A DNA stretch of 63,341 nt, the filler included, from Folioceros fuciformis (lineage: Eukaryota), in the NCBI GenBank assembly GCA_049999805.1. It is 14 parts of 14 records of this genome, joined end to end, with 100 filler letters (N's around TTAATTAATTAA, not from the genome) between each part and the next. Parts side by side here need not be neighbours in the genome. Positions count along the whole stretch, not along the records: positions 1 to 1,799 come from JBNGIO010002711.1; positions 1,900 to 8,615 come from JBNGIO010002712.1; positions 8,716 to 13,654 come from JBNGIO010002713.1; 11 more parts are not named here. One strand, written 5' to 3'. The stretch's first letter is position 1; each line of letters opens with the position of its first letter. Shown piece after piece: positions 1-13,268 of this stretch. The notes under the pieces were generated by a model that saw nothing but the letters and a program-made list of their open reading frames with translations, did no database searches and was not told where the DNA came from. The position numbers and the translations under genes were made by a program.

Positions 1-229
1 CATATGCATTTGTCACCTCATAATCAACAAATTCTTGTGCAGACATAGTAAGGGTCAATTCTGTTATTTCAAGTCCCAAATCCCTCAGCTAACAAAGAAG
101 CATTTCTATTACTGCGTAATCTTTATTGAACAAATCTTCACGTGTTGCTTGGTTGTCTTGTTGTTGTTCATAATCGCTGTTGGCATTCCATGTCTCAAAA
201 CTAAGTTGATTTAAGTCTATATCCGACAT

Positions 230-1345
230 GTTAGCACTTGCTCTCTCCTGTCATAACTTAGACGTCGATACATTAAGCTCTTTCCAACATAATCACAGCA
301 TGATATACATCAATAAGAGGTGAATTATCATTTTGAATCTCTTGGATTTGATGTTGAACAAGCCTTTTCCTATAATTGGCCTTAAAAGACTGTATAATGC
401 CTGCATCCATGTGTTGGTAACGAGCCGTAAAATTAGGTGGAAAAAATTCAACCCTTGTAATTTGAAGCCTACTTTATGTCTCCTGATAGTTGATGAATAG
501 GAGCATTATCCAAAAGAAGCAAGACATTAGTACGGCCCCTAACTCTCATGTTTGCATCAAAAAAGAGAAAAAATTGCTCAAATAAAGGCACCGACATCCA
601 AGCATTTGAGTTTGCTGACCAATGAACACCCAAATTCTCCCCTCATCCAATGTTGCGACTAGTAAAAGCTTTGGGCCTCAAGAATTTGTTGATCACAAAG
701 GGTGGTAATTTATAACTACCATTCATATTGGCTATCAAAGCAACAGTTAGCCTTTCTTTTGAAGTTTTCTTCCCACTCGGCCTCTTCGTTGCCAATGTTT
801 TGTTCAGTTCCAATCTATAGAACAATCTGATTTCATCCATGTTAAAAATATCTTGAAGCTCGAATCCTCGCATGATACCTTTAATGTCTTCCATTCTATC
901 TTGGACCACCTGCGATATGTCAGCACTTGCAGCTTCTCCATGCTTCACAAAACTTTGATGCCATGTCAATGTTTAAACTTTGTCACTCAACCATGAGAAA
1001 ATGTTAGTGGTTTTTCTAACCTTCTGCTTCGGGTAATCTATCAAAGAACTGTTTTCTCATTTCATACAACATATCGTTAGAGATAGTGACATTTCCTTCC
1101 ATCGTCACAAACCATAGAAACAAAGCCTCTTCAACCTTGGGATGAAATGTATCTTTACTCCGCTTAGAGTTAGCTTCATGATCCTTTACGTTTCGAAACT
1201 CATCTCCCTTCTTGAAAATTCAACCTATGGTCATAACAGAAATTGGTATGCTGAATTGATGAGAAGCTCAACCACTAACCTCTCAATTAGTATCTCCACT
1301 ATGAGCATCTTTGTATAATATTATTTCTTTCTTTTGCCCCATCTC
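230..1345 (-). pseudogene. pogo/Tigger (Tc1-mariner superfamily, CENP-B-like) DDE transposase remnant
   Basis: Minus-strand translation gives HTH_Tc5-like KVEEALFLWFVTMEGNVTISNDML and FSHG*VTKFK. DDE_1 motifs follow: IFNMDE..LFY, KERLTVALIAN, NAWMS, LLLDNAPIH and FFPPNFTARYQHMDAGIIQSFKANYRK. Broken by stops and frameshifts. Confidence 0.9.
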
Positions 1346-1799
1346 AAAAATAATTTCTTCTTACTACTTGGTTCTCGAAGAAAAAAGTTATAAAGATACA
1401 ATTTAATAATTGAATACTAAAAATAATGAAATATAAAGTATCCCAAATCTAATATAAAAACATGATGTCCTAGCACATTTAACGTTAACAGGCAGAATGT
1501 ACCTAGATGGAGAACACATGTTAGATCAAAAAGCCTTCAACAATAAATACAAGAGTTACCAAAACCTATTACAATTTGAATGTCGTAACATGCTCCTTCG
1601 CAAGCCACATGAAAGCGTAAAAAGAACTGCCAAGATAGATAGTTATAGGATTTCCGAGGCTTAAGATCATCATAAAATAAGAAAAAATAATAAAAAATGA
1701 CACATAAAATAATAAATACTAAACTAAGTTAAAAAGAAAATACGGAAAAATAATTATTTACTTCATACACTCCTATATACATAAATACGTACGTACTTA

Positions 1800-1899
1800 N
1801 NNNNNNNNNNNNNNNNNNNNNNNNNNNNNNNNNNNNNNNNNNNTTAATTAATTAANNNNNNNNNNNNNNNNNNNNNNNNNNNNNNNNNNNNNNNNNNNN
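1800..1899. other. Artificial contig spacer (N-run + TTAATTAATTAA + N-run), first of 13
   Basis: Same ~100-nt structure with a six-frame stop linker recurs at about 8616, 13655, 16150, 20243, 21755, 24471, 27239, 33597, 38864, 45338, 55270 and 58284. Confidence 0.98.
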
Positions 1900-2028
1900 T
1901 CCACAGCAGCAAGGAACCCCATCGCTCCTTCGTGGGAACGAAACCCAATGTCTCAACGACAGTGGGATAAGTGTGGCCACTAAAGGTGGAATCCGTCGGC
2001 AATCAGTGCCCGGGGTTTTGCCTCCACA
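1900..2028 (+). mobile_element. LTR family A terminus (...GTTTTGCCTCCACA), probably the 3' end
   Basis: Near-identical to 24571-24656, 34505-34633 and the reverse complement of 15752-15880. Similarity stops exactly at CA in all four copies. Confidence 0.85.
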
Positions 2029-2329
2029 TCTTGTCACTTCACTTCAGCCATCCTGTAAATCATTCAGCCCTTGCGGATCCGGCCACACGGATCTTGGTAG
2101 TCTTGGGATCCTCCACATTCCTCTAGTGGCAAGGGAAATCAGGACCTTGGTTCAGTCTCAACCGGTTCAGCGCCTTAAGCCAGGAGTTTTGCACACAAGG
2201 TCCAGGGAAATCGCACCGTAGACGGCTAGCCCCCTTCTCAATGACAAGTTTGGCCTCTTATACTACCTTGGCCCAAACCTCCATCTCTGTCTACTAGGGT
2301 TAGCCTCTGCCAACCGCTTAGCAGTCTCT

Positions 2330-2458
2330 CTCTAACCTAAGCCGCCCCTATCTTTGACCTAAACCTAACTCTGACCTAATCCTAACCCTAACTCTGACCT
2401 AACCTTAATCCAACCTAATCCTAACCCCGATTCCAACCTAACCTAACCCCGACCTAAG
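2330..2458 (+). repeat. Degenerate (CCTAA/CCCTAA)n telomere-like tract
   Basis: ctaacctaa...gacctaaacctaactctgacctaatcctaaccctaactctgacctaaccttaatccaacctaatcctaacccc. Confidence 0.6.
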
Positions 2459-2919
2459 AGGGGTTGTGACCATTTGACATCGCTGGTTGCTCCCTACCAG
2501 AAATCACCAGCCTCTTACACTCTCCTCTCCTCTCTCGGATCATCCCTTTCCTCAAATCATCCTGCAACCCTTCAGAGCCTCCACCTTCCTCCAATCGTCT
2601 ACTCCCCGTCCTGCTGGCCAAGGAGGCCCCATGGTCCAGCCCAGCTACCCATCTCATGCCCTTGAGGAGCAGCCTTGTAAACCTGGCACCTGAAAGTGAC
2701 ATCCCACCATCTGGCTCCCTGTCGGCAAGCAAAATGCCAATTATGTCATCTGGCTGCTCGGGCTCCAATCTAGTTGTAGAAATAGCAATGCCTGGCTCAC
2801 GAACGCATTCGGTGTTGTCTAGGTTGACTGCTCCAAAGGCCTACAGCAGCATTGTTCCCTCTTTCTCTGAAGTCACGAACCTCCTCCCAACTGCCCCGCT
2901 TCGCTCAGCCGGTTGAGAA

Positions 2920-5727
2920 ACGGCCGCATGCTAGCCGCTCTTGCCTGCCATCCATCGTTCTGGTCCAGAGCTGGCCCGCCATAATCCTACCATGAATCTT
3001 GAGGGGAGTGCCGGTTCCTACCGTGCTGATCAGTCTCTATCCCGCCACCCACTTGACTACACTACCTGGCCCGGATTTAATTGCCAACCCCTTGCCCGGC
3101 CTACCGATCAATCTCCTCACCAGCCAGCGGCGACCCAACCCGTTTGGTCAACAAGTCTGGATCTTGCTGCTTGCTTAACATGATCCAAACCAGCCTACAC
3201 AACACAATTCGGGCCCGCCTACCATTGTTGCCTGGATCCTGCCACCCCGGCCCCGCTCAGTCCCAACAATCCGGCCAGGCTTAGATTCTCCACCAACCAG
3301 CCAGCCTGCTAGACTTATCTTGGCACCCACCTGCTCGGAGCGTCAGTCACTTGGAGGCCAGCGCTCCCCTCTAATCCGAATGGCCGACTGAATCCGGCCC
3401 CAGCCGTCTAGAGCCCCTTCCTCCCACGCAGCCAGCCTTCAGCACCAGCCAAGTTGCCTGCACCGAGGCCACACACCAGCCTCCTGCCTTCCGAATCCAG
3501 CTAGGCAGCCAGCCTGCCCGGCTTGGCTGCCTGCTGGTTTCGTCTGCTTGGAGGCTGGAAGCCAGCCTGCCTGGCTGCTTGGGTTCCTGCAGCCAGACAC
3601 TGCCCGACTCTCGGGTCCTTCCCCGGCCGCTTTGCTGCCTAATCGACTATGCCCGCCACCTAGCCGCATGCCATCCACTGCCGCTATTGGCTGCCTGCAG
3701 CCCGATCTACTAGGCTATGGCCGATTGGCCTCAGCCCGAATCACCCCGAAGCCCACAGCCGCCTGGCCTGGATCTGACTGCCGCTGGGCCTCCTGCCGGC
3801 TTCAATCCCGCTGAGCCCGATTCTGCACGTCCTAGCTCCGCCTACTTGCCTGGACTCCGCCGCCGTCTGCCACAACCCTGAAGTGTCCTATCTTCGACCT
3901 TGGCAGCCGCCCGCCTAGCCTACCCGGCTACTTGCTGCTAGGACGCTTGCCAGCCTTCGGATCCAGCCCTGGTCCCAATCAGCTTGGATTTGCCTTGCCT
4001 GCTGCCGACCAGTCCAGGAGCCTGCAAGTCGGCCTGCCCGCTTCCCAGCAGCCGGGCCGGGCTGGGCTGCTGCCTAAGCTCTTTAGTAGCCCGCCACCCT
4101 CCGGGATCCCTGCTGGCCCGAACTCCCCCTCGGCCAGGATCTCCCTGGCCCACAGGCCGCCTTGATCCACCTCAAACTCACCTACCAGCCATTATTGCTT
4201 TGATCAACCCAAGGCCCGTCTGGCCTGGATCCACCACCACCTCTGGCTGCCTGGCTCGCCAGCCAGCGCCTGGTCCCTGCTATCCCTTGGGCTATCTGCC
4301 TAGCCTCCTCTAGCTACAGCCAGGCCGGTCCCCTGGCTGGCTAAATCCAACCCGCCAGCCTGCAAACCGATCTGCTACTGCAGCCAGCCAACGGCCGCAT
4401 GACGATCCGGCTAGGCCCACCTAGCAGGATCCGCTCGACCAGCCGCCCGTTCTGTTCCCCCGGCCTGCCCCTCCTGGGCCTTACCTGCTAGCCGGCCCGT
4501 ATAAGCCCAGCCTGCCGACTGGCCAGGCCCAACCAGTCGGCCTAAATCCACCTTGGCCAGCCGCATACACTCTTCCCCCCCTGGCCCGGCACTACTGGCT
4601 ACCTTTCTAGCCAGCAGCCACCTCCAGCCACAACCAGTTTGTTTCCCCCTCGGCTTGGCTGACTTGGGTCCATTCCAGCTGCTTGCCTCCTGCAAGGATC
4701 CTACAGCCAAGCCACCGCCCGGCTTCCGACTTCGGCCTCGGCCTGCCATGCTCGGAGTGTCATGCCGGCCATGATCTGGCCAATCCTAGCTCAACCTGCC
4801 AGGCCTGTCGATCGATTCTACCCGCCATCCGGTCGCACGCCATCCACGGCCACTGCCCGTGGCCTGGCCAACCTGCTGGCTGGCTAGATTCGGTTGGCTT
4901 CCCAGCTGGATCTAGTAGGCCCCTCTACCAACCGGCTCGCATGCCTAGACTCGCCCGCTGGCCAGCCCGGCCTGGATCTGGCCAGGCAGCCTGCCCGCTT
5001 GCCCGACTCCCCTGGCCGTCGCCTGCTTGCCCAGGCCAATTTGCCAGAGGCCGCTAGCTACCTCCAGATCCAGCCAAGCAGGTTCACTTGCCGGTCGCTT
5101 GCCCACCAGCTTGCCGCTGAGCTACCCAGCTGCCTGCCTAGGCCCCTGGCCTGCCTCGCCTGCTTCTGGCCTGCCCACTGGCGATCCGGCCAGCGATCCG
5201 GCCAGCTGCCTGCCTAGGCCAGCCCACTGGCGATCCGGCCAGCGCATGTCTGGCCCCACTGCGACCAGTCGCCATGACTAGGCCCCTGCCCAGCCGATCA
5301 GCTAGTTGCTTGGTCGGATCTGCCCTGGCTAGACCACATACCACCCTGTCCCCGCTGTCACTACAAGGGCGCCTTCCTGCAGCGGTTGGTGGCCTGCAAC
5401 CAGGCCAGGCTGCCTGCTTGCAGCCTAACCAAGTTGCCGTCTGCCTAGTAGACCCCGTCGGGACCTTAGCTGGGCCCCGGCCTGCTAGCGCCATGGCTTG
5501 CCCAGGCCGACTGGCCAGAGCCACTAGCCGACCCCCGGCCTCCATATCCAGCCCGGGAGCTAGCCCCCTCGACCTGCCGATCCGAGCCACCGCCCTGCTC
5601 CAGCCGTGACCAGCCAGCCCTCCTGCTAGCCTCTTGCCCAGAGGCCGCAAGCTGGCTCCTGCCTTCTGAATTCGGCCAGATCCATGCCACCGCCCCGAAT
5701 CCTGCCGATCTGCTAATCTGGCCACCT
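2920..5727. repeat. GC-rich, C-skewed low-complexity region built from short recurring motifs
   Basis: Dense GCCAGCC, CTGGCC, GATCCGGCC and CCTGCC motifs, a local duplication at 5168-5243, and many short overlapping Pro/Ala/Arg ORFs with no recognisable domain. Confidence 0.6.
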
Positions 5728-5829
5728 GTGCTCTAGTGATCCCTATCCATCCGAGGCACTAGTGCTCTAGTGATCCCTACCCACCCAAGGCACTAGTGCT
5801 CTAGTGATCCCTACCCACCTGAGGCACCA
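5728..5829 (+). repeat. 34-bp tandem repeat x3
   Basis: Unit GTGCTCTAGTGATCCCTAYCCAYCYRAGGCACYA at 5728, 5762 and 5796. Confidence 0.95.
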
Positions 5830-7149
5830 GGGCAGCGTCCCCACACCTCCATCTCCGTCCCCAGCTTCCACCAGCACCCCCAAAGGGGACCCCGACTCAC
5901 CTCCCATGACTCATTCTAGGGTTCATGTTCCTTTGTTACCTTATCCTGAGAATTGGAGCCCATGTCCTATCTACCACACACCCTCCTAAACCCCATTCAT
6001 TGACTCACCATTAGTCTAGCTACTAATCTAATCTAATCTTCTAACCATTTCACTACAGGATTCACTCAAAGATTCCAAAAAAAGAAATCCTACCATTTTC
6101 CTGTTCAGTATGTGGAGTCCACATCAATTAACCTAATTAGCACAGGAAAAATGACCATAAAATAAAGAAAAATTAGGGAAAATAATTAGAAAAAGAAAAC
6201 CAAACCATACCACGATTAACTATTTTTTAACCAAAACAACTCACTACCCCAAACTTTGGAGGTTCACACCTACCCACAATACCTGGGCTATTTTGCGTGG
6301 TTGCTATCGCATTTAATTGCTCCAGTCTTTGGGTTCTTTCATCCATTCCCGAATGCCTTCTTAGAACCTAGAAGAACCGAAGATGACAGCAACACATGCA
6401 AAGAATAGGGCACTCTTAGCAATTCGATGGAATTGTCCTGCTGTTGACGAATGTAAGTACCTCCTCTTCCATTGGAGTGTGCAACGCTTGAAGCATTGTA
6501 TTGACCTTCTAGAGCGTGAACAACGTGCCTATCCTTAGTGCAACACTATCTCCTTTCCGCACAAAGGCACTCCCTCCTTCAACGAGTAACCGTGTCGACT
6601 CCTATTGGTTAGAAGAATCAATGCTAAAGATAAATGGCTGCCTCATGGGCCTAATGTCTTTACACTCAATGCCTCTGAGAGTCTGTACGAATGTGTCACC
6701 TCAGTGCCATCATTGACTCAACTAGTGGTTCTCGATGACTTACTCATTAATGGCCGCGATATAGCTAAGCTATGGGGAGGTTGCTTTGAATAGTAACTTT
6801 CTTTCTTATTAAGAGACGACAAGACGGGTTTAGGGTTTCTACATAATGAATGATTAGCCTATTTTGCATCCCAAGAACCGAGGTGTCACCCCTTTCTGTG
6901 AACGGGTTTGCGGACAATGGGAAGCATAAGTGGACCTAGCACGATAGGAGTGACACATGGCCTTTACCACTGACGCCTACCTACTAGCTCCCATCACCAG
7001 CTTTCAACTTGCAACTATGGAAGACTTCAATCTCCTCCTTTGTTCGTCTGCTTGTTGCCCAAGTTTAGTGCTGCCCACATTTGCAGAAGGCGCCTTTTGT
7101 GGGCTGAGCACGGCAACTCGGTGCTGGCAGAAGAAGAACATTGAAGGAG

Positions 7150-8200
7150 GAATGGCTAATCCCCAACCAAATGCTCTGCCCTTGAGGAAAGCCCAAGCCG
7201 GTGGCAAGAAGCAATCATCACGGGGCCCTGAAGCACAAGAGACAAGCGAGGATGCTTCGAGACAAAGAAGAAGTAGGGCACACGTCACACCACTGGAAAC
7301 ACCGGTGCCTCCTACACCTACTAAAGGGGTGAATTCTCCTCGATCACAAAGTCACCAGCCATGACGCGCAAACAACAATTGAGGGAAGGAATCAAGTGGC
7401 GATGGGGAGCAACCAAGTCAATGGCAAAGAGCTCCACCTCTTGTCCAATCTCCTTACAATTACGAAGACACAACGGTGTTGAAACGTCTGTTGGTGCAAA
7501 TGCAGGTGACAGACTTGGTGGAGAAAAATTGGTTGCTTGTGTACGAGGAATTAGAGGATGATGGGGAATTATGGACTCCCTCCCCTGTACAAGCTTTTTG
7601 TCATGGGGATCGAAGGTGCTTATCCAACCCAATGAGCTAGAGTTGGCTGGTTGATTTGGGTCAATTTGGAGATGAACACAGGAAGAGATCCGGAGGGTTG
7701 CCTTCTATGCTCTACAAAGCCTTTCCAATTCACCGAATTGGATACAAAGGTCGAGAGGTACAAGCGATTTCATGTTGCCTTTAATGGCATGATCCAACGC
7801 AGGTGCCAGCTTGAATGTATTGTGGACATGTTCATCCAGTGTAGAAATCATCTTGTAGGGATTAGCCAAGGCAATGCCTAGATCCAATACTTGTGGACCG
7901 AAATCACACAAACAGTGCAGGGCCATATAAGAGCTATGGTAGTCCGCATATCAGCCCTATGGGCGTAAGGTGTGGCTGAGGAGGTGGTAAGCGAGCTAGA
8001 GAGTGAGATGGGACCTTCAAATGAGGTCGACGGCCCAATTCCAATTATGCTCAGGCACTCAAACACAGAGGATGATAGGCAAGCTTCTAGGGAAGATATT
8101 CCAAATCGAGAAGTGTTTGCTGACTACCCTGAGATGGGGCATGTGTTGAAGTCCCCATGGTGCACTACAAGCTAGAGACACAGCATGGGTGGTGGCAGGC
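7150..8200 (+). pseudogene. Possible highly degenerate homolog of the gypsy accessory ORF family
   Basis: Basic N-terminus, then LVEKNWLLVYEEL (compare HWSYVHEGL at ~26020), IQYLW (compare LVHLW) and an acidic tail. Weak similarity and frameshifted. Confidence 0.3.
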
Positions 8201-10349
8201 CGGCGCCCAGGGCAGGAGGCAAGGTTCCAACATTTGGAGACCCCAGACCCAAACTGGTTTGTCCAGATCCGGAGACAGGGTGAGGGGGCTGTGTGCCGGC
8301 CAGCCAGTGCCCAGCCCCATAGGTCGGGGGGGGACACACTCTACTAGGAGGGGGCTAATTGGGCTAGCTGGCGCTAACTCAAGGCAATCCAAGGGATCCA
8401 ACGCACATACATATGCGAGTTGGGAACAAATAGGAGGGAAACGAAGGGGTAGAGTGCAATGGGATGCCGGAAACAAAGTAGATGGAATCAGCCAAAAGAA
8501 ACCAAAGGGACGAAGTGGAAGTGGGGGCCCTCGATCCTTAGAGGCCATAACGACAATACATGTGACTGCAGATGAGGAGCGGTTAGAGGAAGCTAAACGA
8601 GAAGAGGATCAGCTTNNNNNNNNNNNNNNNNNNNNNNNNNNNNNNNNNNNNNNNNNNNNTTAATTAATTAANNNNNNNNNNNNNNNNNNNNNNNNNNNNN
8701 NNNNNNNNNNNNNNNGCACCCTACCATCTCCAGAAGCATCAAGCTCCTTCATAGATTGCAGCACGCTGTGGCTCTGCTCGTCCACTAACCTCAGCATCTT
8801 CGCCAAAAGACTAGACCCACAATGTGCACACACTGGACACAACTTCTCCTGGTATCGCAGTTCCTCTTCGTCCGCTTGGACCGATTCCGTACGTCAAGTC
8901 ACTTGATACTTAACAACCCATTCCTCAGCTTGCACCAAGGGATGCTCAAAATGCTTAATCGGATTATTCTTTTTGCACACACTTATAGGCTTTCCACAAT
9001 GTGCTCCATTTAATACGCTGCGGGAAAAAAAGAAAAAATATAGTAATGGTACCAGTAGAATAAGGTAAAAATAAAAAATAGAAAAAATGAAAATTAAATC
9101 AAGGGCTGTCTTATGAAGAATCCTCTATGCAAAGAGCTCTTAGACCATAGAGGAAGACATGAGGCTTGAATGCACAACCACCTACACTTCTAAATTGCTG
9201 TGAAACAAGTAGGCTATAATTTGTGCATTAAACCAATAGGCATAGATAAGAGCAGTAACATGCCAAATATTGGTACTTGCTCCATGATATTTGGGGATTT
9301 TTATTCAAGTCTAATGTGTAAGAACTAGAGGATAACAAGGAACTAGATATCATGAACTTGTCAGATTTTTGTCATCAATGAGGGTAGACTTGAAAGGACT
9401 AGAGAACGCCTTCAATGGCTTCAGGCAGCTGAAATACATGGATAGAGATATTCCATGACATGTTTCATGCCTTTCTATCCCATGAGTCTAAGAGAGATTG
9501 ACAGAGGTTGTCCAACACCCTCTCTTGCCCCTCTATGAAATGCACTCAAGAAATAACATTGAATTGTTGACAAGATTAAAACTAACCCAATCTATGCTCT
9601 CCTCATGATTCAATTTCAATGTCAACTTCTGGACATGTTTACACGAGAATATGTTGGCATGCATGGAAGTTGAAAATTGTGGTTTTTTTTATATTTAAGT
9701 GTAGAAATGATAAACTGCAAGGTTCAAGGAGTATAAAGAATATGGTTTTATGAAAAAGAAAAAAATTATGCAAAAAATGTAATAATTTACCCACGTAATT
9801 GCACAAAGTGAAGATGAAGATATCGTGTGCAAACAAGTTTATGCATTCAACTTCAAAATTTTGTATCCTTGTTTATGCAAAATGGGCAAAAAAAAAACCT
9901 AGGAATAAAAAGACATATAACACTTTGGAAAAGAACTAGGTGGACATAATTGAGGTCAGAGGGTTTAACTCCTCTTTAACTTCTTATACCTTAAAGTAGA
10001 GGACAATTGCAAGCCAGCACAACTATGAATTGTGGAACTAATAAACTATTGATAGAGGATGAGCTAGAAGAGATAATAGAAGCCGTGGGAGATGATAAGA
10101 AATATCTAGCTTTAATGTGTGATATAGATGTGGAGAGCAATAACATTTTGCTAGAAATTGTCCACGTGCTAGAAATTCTAACTTGAAGTAAGTAGCTACT
10201 AATCCACCTAGTCCAAAAGCCTAAATTCAAGAACTTCTTGAAGAGCCTAGTTGTTATCAAGGGTCACATATTATGAAGATATATTGTGAAACATCTAATG
10301 TCAAGGATGACACTGATTTGACATGATGTACATAATGAGAAGACGAATT

Positions 10350-12436
10350 AGAAGTAGTGTTGTTGTTGGATTTTGCACCCACGTACAATTTCATAACTTC
10401 TTATAAGGTAAGAGCTTTTGGGCTTAAATGGATTAAGACTTCCATGTTATAAGAAATTAAGCAAGCTAAAAGGATGTTGCAATGATTAGTTGAATTGAAT
10501 GGAATAAAGCTCCAAGTTCAGGTGTGAAAAGGAAATTTGAGTTTCATAATCATGGAGATGAATGATCATGACATCATCTTAGGGCTAAAGGGGACGAGAT
10601 CCAATAAAGCGTGTATGGATGTGAAGTCACATACCATTAAGATATCCAAGAAGCACAAGGTGGTTTGTGCTAGTGTTAGCCAAAGCCTTGAAAGCGCATC
10701 GACCTAGTTGATTTCAAAAAACGAGCTAAAAAAGGATCTCAGACAAAAAAAAAAAAAAAAAAAAAAAAAAAAGAATGGTACTTAGTTGTATTCTAAGGAC
10801 TAAAGGATGGTCTTGAAAAAGATTCTACAGCGAGAATAGACAACCCAAGGGCTGTACAAGCTATCATGGATGAGTTCAAGGATTTGATGCCAAATAAGTT
10901 GTTAATGCTAACACCTCGTAAAGTAGTAGATAATGAGATTGAGTTGAGAATAGCAAATACTCCTTTATTGAGAACATCGTATGGGTTGTAATAGGATGAG
11001 TTGCAAGAACTCAAGTGACAACCAACTAACTTGTTGGCAAAGAAATATATCAAAGTTTGTAAGTCTCATTTTTTGTGTGGTTATGTTGTTTGCGAGTAAG
11101 AAAAACGGATGTGACATATTGTGTTTGTATTATAGAGCTTTGAATCATATCACAATCAAGAATGCATATCCTTTGCCGAATGATATGCTTGATAGGTTGA
11201 AAGGTGCCAAGTATTTCACCAAGTTGGGCTTAGTTGTAGAGTATTATAAAATTGGGAGTGTAGATGGGGCATGAGTACAAAACAACATGTAGAACAAAAT
11301 CTGGATCTTTTGAGTTCCTTGTCATGCCCTTTGGACTTACTAATGCAATTAGCACATTTCAAATTCTTATAAATACTATATTTATAGATGTGGTCGACAA
11401 GTCCATTAAGATTAACGTTGTAATTTATTTCGATGACATTTAGATCTATAGTTGTACCTTGGAGGAACATATTGAGTACTTGAGAAAAGTGTTACAAAGA
11501 CCAAGCGAGAATTTTTGTCTTATTAGCAATCAAGAAGTGTGATTTTGTCATGACAGAGGTTCCATTCTTAGATTTCATCGTTTCTACCGACGAGATCATA
11601 ATGGATCCTGATAAATTTATAGGCCATTCAAGATTAATATCCCCTAGGAACATTCATGAGGTACGGAGCTTTTATGGGTTTGGCTATTGTGTATAGAAGG
11701 CTTTTACATATGTTTCCAAAGATGGTTGCCTCCATAACTAGCGTCTTTAGACGTCCATAAGTGATGTCTTGAGAAATGGAATATTGAATGTCAAGCAACA
11801 TTTGAATACTTGACACAGAAGTTGAGTACTACCCTGGTATTAGGGTATTAGGAATGTATGATCCTAAGAAGGATGTGGAAGTGTGTTGTGATGCCTTAAG
11901 ATGTCGCTATAGATGGAGTTTCAATGCAAGTACAGAAGGCATTAGGTTATGAGTTAATGAAGATGCATCCTTATAAGATGAAGTATCTCACGTATGAAAA
12001 GGACATGACTTATGTCATCCACTGTTTGAAGGTTTGGAGACACTATCTCTTGGGAAGATATTTTATGCTATATATTTATAATATCAACATGACATTCTTC
12101 TTAAATTAGTTGAGGTCGAATGCAAGATAAATTAGTTGATTTCCTACCATGACTCTATGGTATAAACCTAGAAAGGAGAATAAGGTTGTAGATGTGTTGC
12201 GTCGTAAGAAGAGTAAGGAGATAAAGGTAATGGCAATAGTGATTGAACCTATGGATACTCACAAAAAGATTAAGGAATCTTATATGCAAGACCTTTAAGT
12301 ATAGGATTGGATGAATGGGATGGTAGAGGGAGCAAATTCGAACAAAGAGATAGTTTGTTGATATACAAGACAAAAGAGAATTGTGATATTTAACTTTGTA
12401 CGCTTGAAGAAAAAATTATTTCTTAAATGTCATGGA
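10350..12436 (+). pseudogene. pol: Degenerate Ty3/gypsy (chromovirus-like) pol: protease-RT-RNase H
   Basis: LLLDFAPTYNFI (protease), [52 protein letters not shown], and EKDMTYVIHCLKVWRHYLLG (RNase H). Many indels. Confidence 0.88.
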
Positions 12437-12444
12437 TAATGACA

Positions 12445-12545
12445 TTATTCCACTTTACTATGACGAGTTGTTTAGAATCATGTTAGAAAGACTTATTCCA
12501 CTTTACTAAGATATGACGAGTTTTTTAGAATCATGTTAGAAAGAC
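12445..12545 (+). repeat. ~48-bp tandem duplication
   Basis: ttattccactttacta[agata]tgacgagttKtttagaatcatgttagaaagac x2. Confidence 0.9.
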
Positions 12546-12699
12546 TTGTGGTGGGTTTTTCAGAGTTTTAAGATGATAGGCATCTACATATACATGTATG
12601 TGTAATTTAATTTTAGGGGACAGCTTTTAGCTCGACCTTGCATCCATGCGTTTCGAATCGCACCAGCAACTTTCGCCACCGCGATGAGATTTCGCTTAG

Positions 12700-13093
12700 G
12701 GATTCGATTTGTGAGCACGTCATCATCAACCCCGTTGGTTGGGCAGCAGAGGGTTGTGCAAGTGCCAAAGTCCATAAGTATTCTCCCTTGCAAGACGGGC
12801 ATACTTTCATCCCCCTTGCTCTTGAGACTCATGGAGCTATGGGCAAAGACTTTTCAAGGTTTATCAAGGAGTGCGCCAAGGTTTATCAAAGCAATAGGAA
12901 TGGTGTTCTCCCTCTTCCCTCTGTGGTGGCCTTCTTTCGACAATGTGTATTCATTGCTTTGCAACGAGCATTGGCCAATGCAGTTTTAAGAATAGCAACA
13001 AGCGCAGGTGAAGCGACTTCTTTGGCACCGATGGTAGGTAGGCCTTTTGTTATTCCACATCATGACATTTTGGGAGCAGTATGTAGTTTTTGA
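12700..13093 (+). mobile_element. 5'-truncated non-LTR retrotransposon, restriction-like endonuclease C-terminus (CRE/R2/NeSL type)
   Basis: GWAA..CASAKVHKY....HTFIPLALETHGAMG..F..FIKECA...FFRQCVFIALQRALANAVL matches the KxxKY..FxPxxxETxGxxG..RQxxSxALQR signature of RLE-type LINEs. Confidence 0.75.
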
Positions 13094-13268
13094 AAATGAT
13101 ATTCAAGGGGAGAGTACCTTTATTTTCCTTTGGCCCTAATGGGGTTGTTCCTCCAATCTTTGGAGTAGATGGGACTTTCCATCTCTTTTTCAATCATAGA
13201 AAATACACTCCATCAATTATTCCGACTAAAAATATAGACACATGTACCTCACAACCATATGCATACTT

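Noticed and set aside
1844-1855. Recurring TTAATTAATTAA palindrome between N-runs
   Set aside because: Six-frame stop linker used to concatenate contigs. It is not biological, and adjacency across it (including that of the two DNMT elements) means nothing.
3439-5725. Many overlapping Pro/Ala/Arg-rich ORFs
   Set aside because: Expected from GC-rich low-complexity DNA. No domain and no dominant frame.
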